64,000 bases of DNA from Zygnema circumcarinatum SAG 698-1b. Its lineage: Eukaryota > Plantae > Zygnematophyceae. Numbering within the stretch: position 1 is the stretch's first letter; the number at the start of each line of letters is the position of its first letter. The notes beneath the pieces were generated by a model that was not told the DNA's origin, made no database searches, and saw only the letters and a list, made by a program, of their open reading frames with translations. The position numbers and the translations under genes were made by a program. The DNA is taken from positions 2,046,001 to 2,110,000 of the forward strand of contig CM074820.1 of assembly GCA_037447605.1 (NCBI GenBank), written 5' to 3'. Positions 38,767 through 49,853 of this stretch are shown here, one piece after another.

Positions 38767-40031
38767 AGGAGGATGTTTGAGAGGTTCAAACGGTCATTAG
38801 AGTTTAGGATAGAGAGGAGGGAGCAGGGTATGGAGGTGTGGGAGGGCGGAAAAAGAAGGAAACAGACTGGGTGAGGGATGGGGGGAGGGAGGGAGGGGGG
38901 GAAAGGAGGGACTGAGACAAGAGGGATTCGGTATAGGAGAGAGAACAAGGAGAGGGCGCAGAAGAGAGAGAAAGAATCAGAGTAAAGGGGAAAGAAGAAG
39001 AGGAGGCGCAAAGAGGAGACACAGGACGAGAAGGCGCAGGAACGAGAGAGTGTCTGAGAGAGAGAGAGAGAGAGTGAGAGTGGGAAAGGGAGCCAAACGT
39101 TTCAGATTTGGGCGCCAAAGGCGGCCGTTCAAAGTGACCGTATGCCGTACCGTACGGACTGAATTGTACGACCTATGCGTACGGCTTCCTCGGACGCCAT
39201 CGCCAGCCGTGCACACAGTAAGGGTCTGTGGAGGAGGAAAATCGAACGGGAGATGCTCCTTCAGTATTATAGAAGGAGTACATATTCTACGGGAACCGCT
39301 CAGTATGCGAAGTACCTACTTTTTGTTCATCAGATGGAAAGTTTCGCCTCCAGTACTACTGATTTTTATAGGACGACTAACATGTTTATTGTGTACGAAT
39401 CCAAGATGGAACGGTAAGGGCCACAGCGAAGAAACCCTAAAAAATTACATCCATGACGTCATCAAAAAAACGTCAACCAATCAGGAGCCACCGAACACCA
39501 GTCGGGTGCGTCAGTGAGATGGCCAGGGCGGCAGGTTTTGTCCTTAGCTCGATCGTGGACACATCGCCATATCGCCGGCGTATCGGGTGTGACCGACAAA
39601 ACTTGCCGGCGCTAAAGCCGGCTAGAGTCCATGGCAGAAAAAAGAAACGGGCGACCACCTTTGGATATTGTTTTTATTTATTTATCTTACCTCTCAATAG
39701 AAACCATAAAATGCAAAAAAAAGTACACTACTGGGAAATAGGAATTGAATTACAAGGAAAAAAAAAAAAGAGGAAAGTTTTCCTAACCGGGACGAGTGAC
39801 AAACTACGTGGTTTCTACTTTGGGGTAGCACTGAACAATAACGATTCCTGACGAAGTTAATTAAAAATATGAATAAGGTGAACGACGAAGGTGAATGTCA
39901 GTAAGATGGTTTTGACACATGGGGGGCGACGAACATGCGCGACTGAGACTTCTCTCTTAAGTAATTCATAGTGAAATGACCTTTAATAATTAGTCTAAGG
40001 CTGATAAATTCAAGACGAGGGACAAAAGGGC

Positions 40032-41521
40032 CTATGCTTTGCTGAAACATGGCCAAAGGCAGTTCCCCTGCACAGCCGACCAAACAATGGTGTGAGAGAA
40101 GCCATTGCCAGAGAGAGAGAGAGAGAGAGAGAGAGATTGGTGTGCGAGAGATCACAAGCGAACGAGCAGCCACCAAAGCCCCTGACCTTGGCTCTCTGCT
40201 TGGGACGTGGTTTCGGAAAAGTTGGTATGCCCACGTTAAAGGCCTCTGTAAAGCCATCGTCAAGGACCGGCAAGGGACCCTTTTTGAACTGGCTTGCCGG
40301 CAGGGTGCTCACACGCTGCTGTTGAACAACGAAATGCACCACCCCCCCCCCCCCCCCCCCCCCCCCCNNNNNNNNNNCCCCCCCCCCCCCCCCCACACTC
40401 ACAGTGAGACAGACCAGCACGAAGGGAGGCAGGAGGAGGGGAGATAAACATGGGCTGGGTGGACTAACATGCATGAATGGAGGGCAGGAGGGATCGTGCT
40501 CACTACCAGGCAAGCCCAACGGACTCAACCAAACCTCCGAATTAACTACTAACCTTGCTGGGCATCTGCGAGTTTGCAGCTCCCGGAAACTGGGGCATGC
40601 TGCCTCCCCCCACCACCTTTTCAAACGACATAGTGAAGTTGCCGGGCTTGCTTCTATGCTCTGCCAAGCTGACCAGAGGGAAGGGCACAGCTTCAGCCCC
40701 CCCTCCCATTCCCACCGTTCTGCGTACAAACCTACCCTCCTCAGAGCCTTCCGTTCGTGGGCTAAAATGGGCTGTCGGCTGAAAGTGGTTTCCTTGTCCC
40801 CAGTCTGTGTGCATCTCCGCCTGCTCCCCCACTCGCAACCATTTGTCAAAGAGCAGCCAAACAGAGGGAGAGAAATGAGGGGAAAGACGGGGGATGGGGG
40901 GGAGAGGAGGGAGTGGCGAGGGAGGAGGAAGAGAGGAGGCGTAGGACGAAGGAGAGGAGAGGGTGAAGGTCGAGAAGAATTGGAGACGTGCAAGGGAGAC
41001 AAGGTGCAAGGAACTGGAGAGGAGTTGGAAGGAGAGAAGAGAAGGGAGATGAGGTGAAACTGATGCGGCGATGAGGCTGAGTTCACGATGGAAAGTACGA
41101 GAGAAGAGAGGGATTTACGCATGAAGGAGAGGGGGAGGCAGGATGAAATGAGAGGAGATGAAACAGAGGTCGGTTCCAATACTGAACATGAGCCCCCGAT
41201 GGTGACCTGCCTCAGTACTGACCTCCTGTCTCTCACATTCTAGGAAAAGAAATGTGGATCATATCAATACACACGACGAGATGGGAGGGTCTGACCACCA
41301 GGAGGCAACCGGCTTGGCAGATAGGCTACATGCGCGATGCGACATGAGACAATGCATAAACGTACTCTCTATTCTATCATCCTGAAACGGTATCTACCGG
41401 CATCCTCACTTTACCGGCCGCTTTCCATGCAGCAAAGCCAGCAACCGCAGAATCTCTCCCTCTTCCCCCCCCAAGCACCCCCACTCGTCCGCTTCTCCCA
41501 ACAACCTCCTCCCTCCAGAGA

Positions 41522-41565
<44 letters not shown>

Positions 41566-42972
41566 AACCTGCTCTGCCTGAGCGACCCGGAAGGACGGCA
41601 TTCCCCCACCCGCAGCCACCCTTTTGAATTCTTGCGTATAGTTCCCAGACCCAACGGTTGGCCAAGCCGGCTGCAGCTGCCCGCCTCTCTCTCCCGCACG
41701 AAGCTCTCCCTCCCCATCTCCCTCCAACCACACCCTCACAACCTGCTCGCTCTTCCCTTCATCTGCGGACCCTGACTCCGTCACCTGCTTCGCATGCCCC
41801 TGCACGGATTTCTCCTCTCCCGCTCCCCCCTGCACAGAAGTCGCATATTCCGGCCTACTTGTCGACGATTCCCGGCTTGCATCCCCGCCGTTCCCTCCTA
41901 CCTCAGCCACTTCAACAATTTCAAGTTCTACCTGAGACTTCTTCCGAATTCTCACGGCGGGCTGTGACTCTCCATTGTTCTCCGCCGCTCCCTTCTCAAG
42001 GCTTGCTAATAAAGGTCCCTCCATTTCTGCAGATTGAACGGCTCCCTGTTCTGCAGCAGTAGTAGCTCCTCCCATAGCCTCTCTTTGCCGCCCGCCAGAA
42101 AGCTCCCCCGAGGAGGAGGAGGAGGAGGAGGTGGAGGAGGAGTGTGCTGCATGGTCGCCCCTTCTCAGCCTTAGCTGATTTTTCTTCTCCTCAAATGCCT
42201 GTGTAAAATTAGACTTAGCATTCACTTTGCGAACTGCCTCCATCGGCGGAAACACAGGACCCGCCCCCTGCAGCCGCCAACCTGCACCGCTCTCATCAGC
42301 AAGACAGAGAAGGGAAGGTTCCCCCCCGTCTTTCCAATAGCCTTCCCTAAACAAAAGGGAGAGGAGGAGAGAGGAGATGAGAGGAGGAGAGGAGGAGAGG
42401 AGGAAAGGAGGAGAGGAGGAGAGAAGGGAAGGAGGAGAGGAAAGGAGGAGAGGAGGAGAGGAGGAGAGGAGGAGAGGAGGAGAGGAGAGGAGGAGAGGAG
42501 GAGAGGAAGAGGGGGAGAGGGGCGGAAGAGAGAGCTGAGAGGTGCGTACCGCGGGGCGGGGAGCGGGAGGTTCAGGATCGGGCCGAGCCCCGAACCATTT
42601 GCCCAGTAAAGTCGTTCGTTTCGGCTCCTCTGTCTCAATCCCTTGGGGGGGCTCTACAAGGAGGTGGTTAAAGACCTGCGTATACCCGTTCACAGTGCCT
42701 GTAGGGAAGAGCTCCTCTCCTGCCTCATCCTGCCCTTCCCTACATCAGGTTCAGGGCCACAATACAGGGGGACTTTTGCGGCTTTGGGGGCAGAAAGCAG
42801 GCAGGGAGGGGAGACCCTCACATGGGAGGCAGCCATGGCCGCCGGCCTTTGGCTTCTTGCTCAGTGAGGAGTTTGGTCGAGCAGTTGGTCCAACAGTTGG
42901 TATGGCCGGCGGGCTATTTGTCAGGAAGGGATCATCCCCCGCCGCACCCTGCTCCTGTACATTTTTAAAGCG
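40032..42972 (-). CDS. Putative RIN4/NOI-like protein with multiple [Y/F]TxxF repeats and a Cys-containing C-terminus; 5' end unresolved
   Basis: Phase-consistent spliced exons give HGCLPCTVNGYTQVFNHLL, GPVFPPMEAVRKVNAKSNFTQAFEEKK, PAWPTVGSGNYTQEFKRV, AVAGFAAWK, PFPLVSLAEHRSKPGNFTMSFEKV and LPVLDDGFTEAFN. The last exon (40067-40032) gives ...KPRPKQRAKGNCLWPCFSKA*. First coding exon not identified; a probable leader exon lies near 43710-43990. Confidence 0.6.
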
Positions 42973-44207
42973 CTGACCTTAGCATGTTTCAGACTGAAGC
43001 GCTAGTCTTAGGGCCCTGTAGACTCAAACTGTTTGAGCTTTAAGACGGAAGCGCGCATCTGAATAAAGCACTAATTTCAGAATGGATTCTGCAGAAGGCC
43101 AAATGCGAAACGATGGAAACAGAGCAGATATCATCTGACATGGAAAACATTGGCAAAAATAGATGAGATCATTGTTAATAATGTAGTCTGATATGTTTCC
43201 CAGCATCAACCCCATAATATCGAATACTAAGGTATCGCAGCCCTAAGCTCTCACCCTGAACAAGCGCGGATCCCTAACCTTATTACTAAAAGCTTAAGGT
43301 AACCTAACCTAGGTCAACGTAATGTACAGCAGCCCTAACTCGAAATCCTGAAACCTGGTCTGGCCTTCACACCCTACTTCTCCTAAACACTGACTTAAAA
43401 AAACATACTAGACCTCCAAGCATGCAACAACCATGCCATGCATTTCTGACCACAGCCATGCCACGCATTCATGCTAGCATTCCTAACTACGGAAAAGCCG
43501 ATATTGAAATGCACGCTAAGCAGTCTTCAGCAGGAGGAGGAACACATTCATGCTAATAATCCTTGATTAACCAAACCATCACTAAAAATTGCAAGTTCAG
43601 CATTCAGGGCCGCCAGACTTCAGCACACAATGCCATGTCATACCATGCCATGCCCTCAAAAACCTAATCCCTTAATCCTAATATTACACAGAACGCTAGC
43701 ACTGCATCTCACCCTACTTTCAGCCCAAACAGCAGCGGATTAACTTTTCTAACCTCCTCTTTAGCTAATGAATACGGATCGCAGCAGCAGCTGCGATCAG
43801 CTTCAGCAGCTGCGCGACGCCGCCATCGCATGCGCGAATTCACCGAGAAAGCGAAGAAAAGAACATTCCTGGGAAGGAGAGAGAGCGCGCCCGCGAGAGA
43901 GAAAGAGAGAGAGTGAGAGAGAGAGAGAGACCCCAGGTGGAGAGAACAGTCTAAGCCAACGGCCGGCACACGCCTGGGCAGTTGACCAGCCAACCGTTGG
44001 CACTTCCCACCGTCTGGAAAAGAACTTGAAATTCAAATACGTACTTTACAAAATCAGTTCTAGGGTATAATGTTCCTTATTTAAGTACTAATTCTGTTTG
44101 CTGGCAGTGTACGAAAGAGAAATCGTTCGTACAAAAATTTAAAGATTGGAATCCACTACGGTACTGACGTGTCAACTCGAAATTGATACTATTGTGTCAT
44201 TGAATAT

Positions 44208-45158
44208 GGGTAGTGATATTTCCACCCCTTTTTTGGATCCAAACACCCCTTCCCGGCCGGGCAGATTTCAAAAGGGGTTCAAAACGGAAAATGCTTTTTT
44301 CACACCTTTTTGGAATCGATACCCACCTTCTTCCGTCGGCTGATTCTATTTTTGCTAACCAAGGAAAATGATACCCCGTCACTGCATTTTGAATACTGTA
44401 TCCCGCCTCCCTGAATTTTTTTTTTGTGAGGGAAAGAAATATCTGCCAGCCCGAATCCGCTCGAAGTTGAAGATCCGTCCGCCACGAGATCATTCGCGGG
44501 TGTCCGTCCTTCACACGTGTGTGTCAATCGCAGCTGTCAATTTCCTCGAAGATCGCACCACTGCAGGTCACCGTTCGATCTGCAGCCGGGCTCGATCTTA
44601 GCGAATGGAAAGCGCCCACGAGTCCCGTCAAAGCCGGATCGCACGTGCGAGTGCGCGCGTTCTTCGGCCCAAGATCTCGTCATTGTTAGCTCCCAGCCAA
44701 TCAACAGCTGCCACGTGTTACATTTTTGACGTAGAAAATTTTGATTTGTCCAAGCTCTCAATGTACGAAATTTTGGGCTCCTCAAAGTTGCGACCGTACG
44801 ACATTTGTACGGACAAACTTTTGAGGTGACTTTGGCGGGATACGTGGGCACGTGCCATTCGCTGTGACCGAGCCCGGCTGCAGATCAAATGATGATCTGC
44901 CGTGTTGCGATCTGCGAGGGAATCGACGGCTGCGATTGACCGCACGCGTGAAAAAAAATTCAGGTAGGCGGGATATTCAAAATGGGGTGACGGGTTATCA
45001 TTTTCCTTGTTTCGCAAAAATAAAATCTGCCGATGGAGGGTGGGTATCGATTCCAAAAAGGTGTGAAAAAGGCATTTTCCGTTTTTAATCCTTTTTGAAA
45101 TCTGCCCGGCCGGGAAGGGGTGTTTGGATCCAAAAAAGGGGTGGAAATATCACTACCC
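44208..45158. mobile_element. Non-autonomous foldback / Mutator-like DNA transposon, 951 bp, very long TIRs, 8-bp TSD
   Basis: Ends GGGTAGTGATATTTCCACCCC... and ...GGGGTGGAAATATCACTACCC. The outer ~66 bp are identical in inverted orientation, and homology continues inward to ~44635 versus ~44830 (left arm has an ~85-bp extra segment). Direct repeat TTGAATAT at 44200-44207 and 45159-45166. Confidence 0.9.
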
Positions 45159-47197
45159 TTGAATATCTTTAATTTCAAAGTACTTGTTTTGGTACCAAGT
45201 GGAAGATTTTCCAAGATTGGCGTCCCTAACGGAGTACCGTCCGTACGGTAGTGAAAGATCTTAAACTGTATGACGTAGTGCTGACATACATCGTCAGTTC
45301 ATTCTAGTCCCCGGGTTTGAAACCGAGGGCCTTCGGCCGCGTTGACCACAATCTCTGGTCAAGATTTTACTTCACATCTGACCGTCAATGTCCTCACGTA
45401 AGAGTAATCGACGCTCAAAAGTGCGCCACGTAACAACAACGTGACAACAAAATCGACGAATCAAGATGGTACGTCACCATGGCTCCAGCGAGTTTGCAAA
45501 CTTGAGTGGGCGGTTTGCAACTTCGGATTCCGGAAAGCGACCGGAAAAGAAATTACGGACCATACGCGAAGGAAGTCAACAGGCCCTTTTGGGGGCCGCC
45601 CCTTTTGTCTGGCTGCCGTACGCTGCCGTACGGGTGCGTCACCAGAACTTCCTGGGGACCGTTCGATGTGACGCCGTACATGTATGGACGTCATCGGACG
45701 GCGTGGACAGGACCTTCCATGCGACTGAAAGGCATGGGCTGTGCCCCTGGCCAGGACTCTGACGAGGCGTGCCCCCCCAGCAGGTCCGTCGACCAATTTC
45801 TCGGAGTAGGATCACGCGGCAGACAGTTACAGTTACAGTTACAGAACTTTATTCCAAAATTTTGCAGTGGTTTAGCAATATAAAAGGTACAACATGGCAA
45901 GAGCTGACATTTAGGTTCCCCTATGAGCATGGCCTATCCATCCCTTGAAGCATCCTTTCGAGGCATTATGGACACGGATTTGGGCTGGCATGGTATGGCA
46001 TCATCCATGATATGTCATGGCATGGCATGCATCTGAGAGCACATGGCATGCATGTCTAGGACCACAATCCCACAAGGCTCGCAAACGGCAATTCAGCGCT
46101 CGCTCGCTCTGTGAAGCCATCGGCCATGCATGGACAGCCACGCCACATCTTTCCATCCGAACAAGCGCCTTCTCCTCTCCGCACAATTCGCAGTTCCTTC
46201 AGACATTCAGAAAACAAATTCCGCCAAGAATGTCAACAGCCACCGGTGCATTGCATTGCATTGCATCATTTACAGCGACCTCCCTCTGCCTCTCCCTCTC
46301 AGCCCCTCCGAGCCGCGTTTTGGCCCCTTGACAAAGGCACGCGCTGTGCTTCCAATCAGCCTGAGACAGAGAGTGCATCGCCTGAAAGGACCTTGGCAGG
46401 GCGGGGTATTCCGGACCTTCACATCTATCATGTGCAGAAAAACCTTCTAGACTTCAATCTCCTGTACTTTTTCTAAGCCGTGATGATGATGCCCAGCACC
46501 CTGAAGCGACTCTTGCATCTGCACCTGCAGCCTTCTGACCTGTGCTTGCTCGGGCTATGAGAAAGGCTTCAAACATCTGCTGCGTCCGGCTAATGCACAG
46601 CCCGCAGCGCCTTTCTGGGGTTTTAGGGTTTCTGGCGGTGTGGGAGGTGGGAGCCAATTCATAGGGCTGCGTGCAAACCCTAAAAACAAGGCTGAGGGAG
46701 CAGTGGCAGCCAAGAAGCACCTTGTAGACCTGACTCCGCCTCTCCAGTGGCTAGAGGAGAGAGAGTGAGGTGATGGAATATTCAAGCTTTCTACACAACC
46801 CCCTCCAAGACATCCTTCAATTCTTTGGTAGCATCCCTTCTCCATGATGAAGACTACAGGGGCAAGCAAAGTCGGAATCAAAATGATTCTGTGTCCCAGA
46901 CAAAAGTAATGTTGCAGTAGACTCGAGCTAAAATCTGCTGTGCAAGAGGCAGACGGCTTCTCAACGGTGGACCTGCGAATAGTGAATCCCCCCCAATCCC
47001 ACGACACGGGTTCAGGGCTATTATTTTTTTTCAAACAGTTAAATGACTCTGGTGTATAATCAATGAACGATGCGTGATGACTCTGTCAATACGACCTCAC
47101 CCCACAAAAGATGATTCAAAGTAAACCTTAAAGTAGCCGAAGGGCTGATCCCAACATTTGCCCGAGCAACCTCCCTTGAGCTTTCTCCAGCCCCCTC

Positions 47198-48520
47198 TCA
47201 TACCTGACTCCGTCCAAAGGAAAGGTTGTCGAATTCCGTAAGTTCTGTCCGGATGCTCCCCCCTTTTCCCGGGGCCAATCTGCTCCCAGAATGGGGACTC
47301 AGAGGCTCCGCCAGCTCCAATCTGGGAGAGGGCGAAAGCTCTTCTGAAGGTGCATGCGATCGGAATGCAACATCCATTGCATTGTCCGCTATGATGCGCA
47401 AGTCCGGCTGCAACCTCTCCTTCAAAGAGGGCCGCATTTGCGGTGCTCTCTCAACGCAGCGGAGAGCAAGGCTGAGGACCTCTCTCGCAGCTGTCACGTC
47501 CCATCCCCCTGCAGAGGGGTCGAGATGGGGGAGGAAAACCGCCACTGAGTGGTCCAAGTCGCGGTAGGGTTCGCGCACTCCACAGGATGCGAGCAGGTCG
47601 TGTACTATGCCAAGACGTTCCTCTCCAAGAAGGAGCTGCAGGATGGTGAGTCCAAGAGAGTATATGTCCGACTCCGGAGTAAGCACCTTGCTCTCCACAT
47701 AGTGTGGGTCAATGTACCTGCCGCGGGCGAAGGAAGCAGAGAGGAGGCACGTGTCAGGGCCTGTCTGAGCTTTTCGTCTGACAGACTCTCCCTCCAACTA
47801 ACTAGCTGCAGGGGCAGCTCCTCACCCATTGGTGCCATGGGGGGTGCAGCTGATGGCCGCCACGCCGGGAGGGATTTCCGTGGCGAGTTCGAAGCCGGAC
47901 AGTTTGCAGGTGTTCCAGGAGTCGAGGAGGATGTTGCCGGGATGAATGTTGCGATGGATGACACGCATTTCGTGGAGGAAGGCGACGGCAGCAGCCACCT
48001 CTGCGATGATGCGCATGCGGTCCCACCAGTCGAGAGGGAAAACTCTCTGCAGAACAAGCCCCGATGCGTACTTCGATTTGAGAGTTTTGAGCCGATCGTG
48101 GAGGCTTTCCACGGCGTATTCGCGCACAATGCAGAGGCGGGGGCTCTGCTGACAGCTTGCGCCATAGAGGGCCAGGATGTTGGGGTGCCGCAGACGGTGC
48201 AATAAGCGCACTTCGCGTTTGAAATCGTACAGGGAAGTGCCCTCCGCGCAGAGCTTCACTGCCAGAATGGCCCCCCACAGATGCGCAAGATACGTGCAGC
48301 CGAAGGTCGAGCGCGAGATGATGCCGCGATCGGAAAAAGCACTCGTGGCTGCAGAGAGCACGGCGTACGGCAGGTCGGCGTTGGGGACGGAGCTGATGTC
48401 GATGCTGGCAGCCAGCTCGTCCTCGGGAGACATGACCAGCTCCTGCAAACGCACCGATCCTGCAAGTTCACAGGCGGAAGAGGGAGGAAATTGTCTCTGG
48501 CAGGAGTCTCCTGCGCCCAT
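47198..48520 (-). CDS. Receptor-like cytoplasmic pseudokinase (RLCK-IX/PUB-kinase-like C-lobe), possible N-myristoylation (MGAGDSC)
   Basis: LWGAILAVK, FKREVRLLHRLRHPNILALYG, WWDRMRIIAEVA, IHRNIHPGNILLD (HRD>HRN), KLSGFELA (no DFG), YIDPHY, ESDIYSLGLTILQLL, LDPSAGGWD..LALRC...RPSLKERL. One intron near 47765-47830. ATG 48520 is chosen as the likely start; a short extra 3' exon near 46965-46980 is possible. Confidence 0.8.
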
Positions 48521-49853
48521 GGCGGACTCAGGCTGGCAGAGGAGGCGCGTCCTTGTCCCCGTCTGAGGGGCTGCCGTGGGGGTAGGGTCGGGCGGCAGCA
48601 CTGACCTTCCACATGTCTCAGCCCGAGCATGGCCGCCTGCCCGCCGCCCTCCCCCTCCAGAAGCAAGCAGGTCCCGCCCGGCGGGCTCCGCCCTCCCTGC
48701 CCTGCTCGCACGTGCGAACCGCCATGGCTGCCCGCCCTCCCGCCCTCGCCAGGCCGCCACCGCCTCTGACTTAAGGAGCCTACTTACTGTACTGTGTCCA
48801 GCCAATTACAGCCTGCCACGTCGTCACAAGAGACACGTGGTACGTTCGGATTGGTGGTTTTTGCCAGGGTGGCGCCAATCATTAAGGGTCGAGTTGGAGA
48901 GCGGCTATTGGCTGAAACTTTCCGCACTGGGCTTTTTGTAAGGAATGGCTGTACAAATTTCCGTACCGCGGTGAACAGAACGTACGGTGAAAAGTCAGAA
49001 GCAGAAAGTACTGTACGGAAATAGACAAAGTGACGATGGCGATCGGAGGACCGTTGGATGCGCCACGTGGCACCCCGTGGAGCTTTTTGGCGGTTCCGGC
49101 AAGTACATACCCCGCCCCCCGACCAGCTGCAGGGTAGGGCATGCCCGCGCAGGCCCTCTCCCCACCGGGGAGGGAGGGGCGGGAGGGGCGGGAGGGGCGG
49201 GAGGGGAGGAGGGAGGAGGGNNNNNNNNNNGGAGGGATGGAGGGAGAGGAGGAAGGGAGGGAGGGAAGAGAGGAGGAAGGGAGGGAGGGGAGGAATGGAG
49301 AGTTGGGAGGGAGAGGGGCGAGCTAAATTGACGAAGAAAACTACAAAGGGTTGCGTCGAACTGTGGGGATTAAAACTGCGAATCTATGGGAGCTCTCCTG
49401 AGCTTTTTTCAGGGATGGATGCTTGAACTCAGACGATGAACCGTGACCATGACTATATCATAACCACGAACATGACTATGAACTTCAACCATCACAAACG
49501 ACCTCACGTAAGATTAGTTTCAAATGTTTCCAGTAATATTCGAAGGTGATGGGAAGAGCACATCACTTTTTTGCTTATTTGTATATATGCGACCCGCAGA
49601 GAGACCGAATTCGATTGCACCCTAAAGACCATAAAACCAACGGTACCCCCTACTTGGGACCCCCCCCCCGGCTAAGAGGCAGGCCCTTCCCCTGCAGGAG
49701 TAAGTTCGCAACCTATTTCAAAACCGCGAGTACATCAGAGGACATACAGGAGGGTTTTAGGGTTTGTTCGTTTTCTCCGTAGCACCCGCCGGTAGAGAAA
49801 TCTCTCCATATCACGAGGAGAGGCCACCTTTCGAATTTGGTGCCCTGACGAAC

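Noticed and set aside
45305-45335. tRNA T-arm / B-box-like GGGTTTGAAACC hairpin
   Set aside because: No acceptor stem, D-arm or A-box can be found, so it is not supportable as a tRNA or SINE.
47549-48205. 218-aa + strand ORF and similar overlapping ORFs opposite the kinase genes
   Set aside because: Antisense shadow frames of GC-rich kinase exons.
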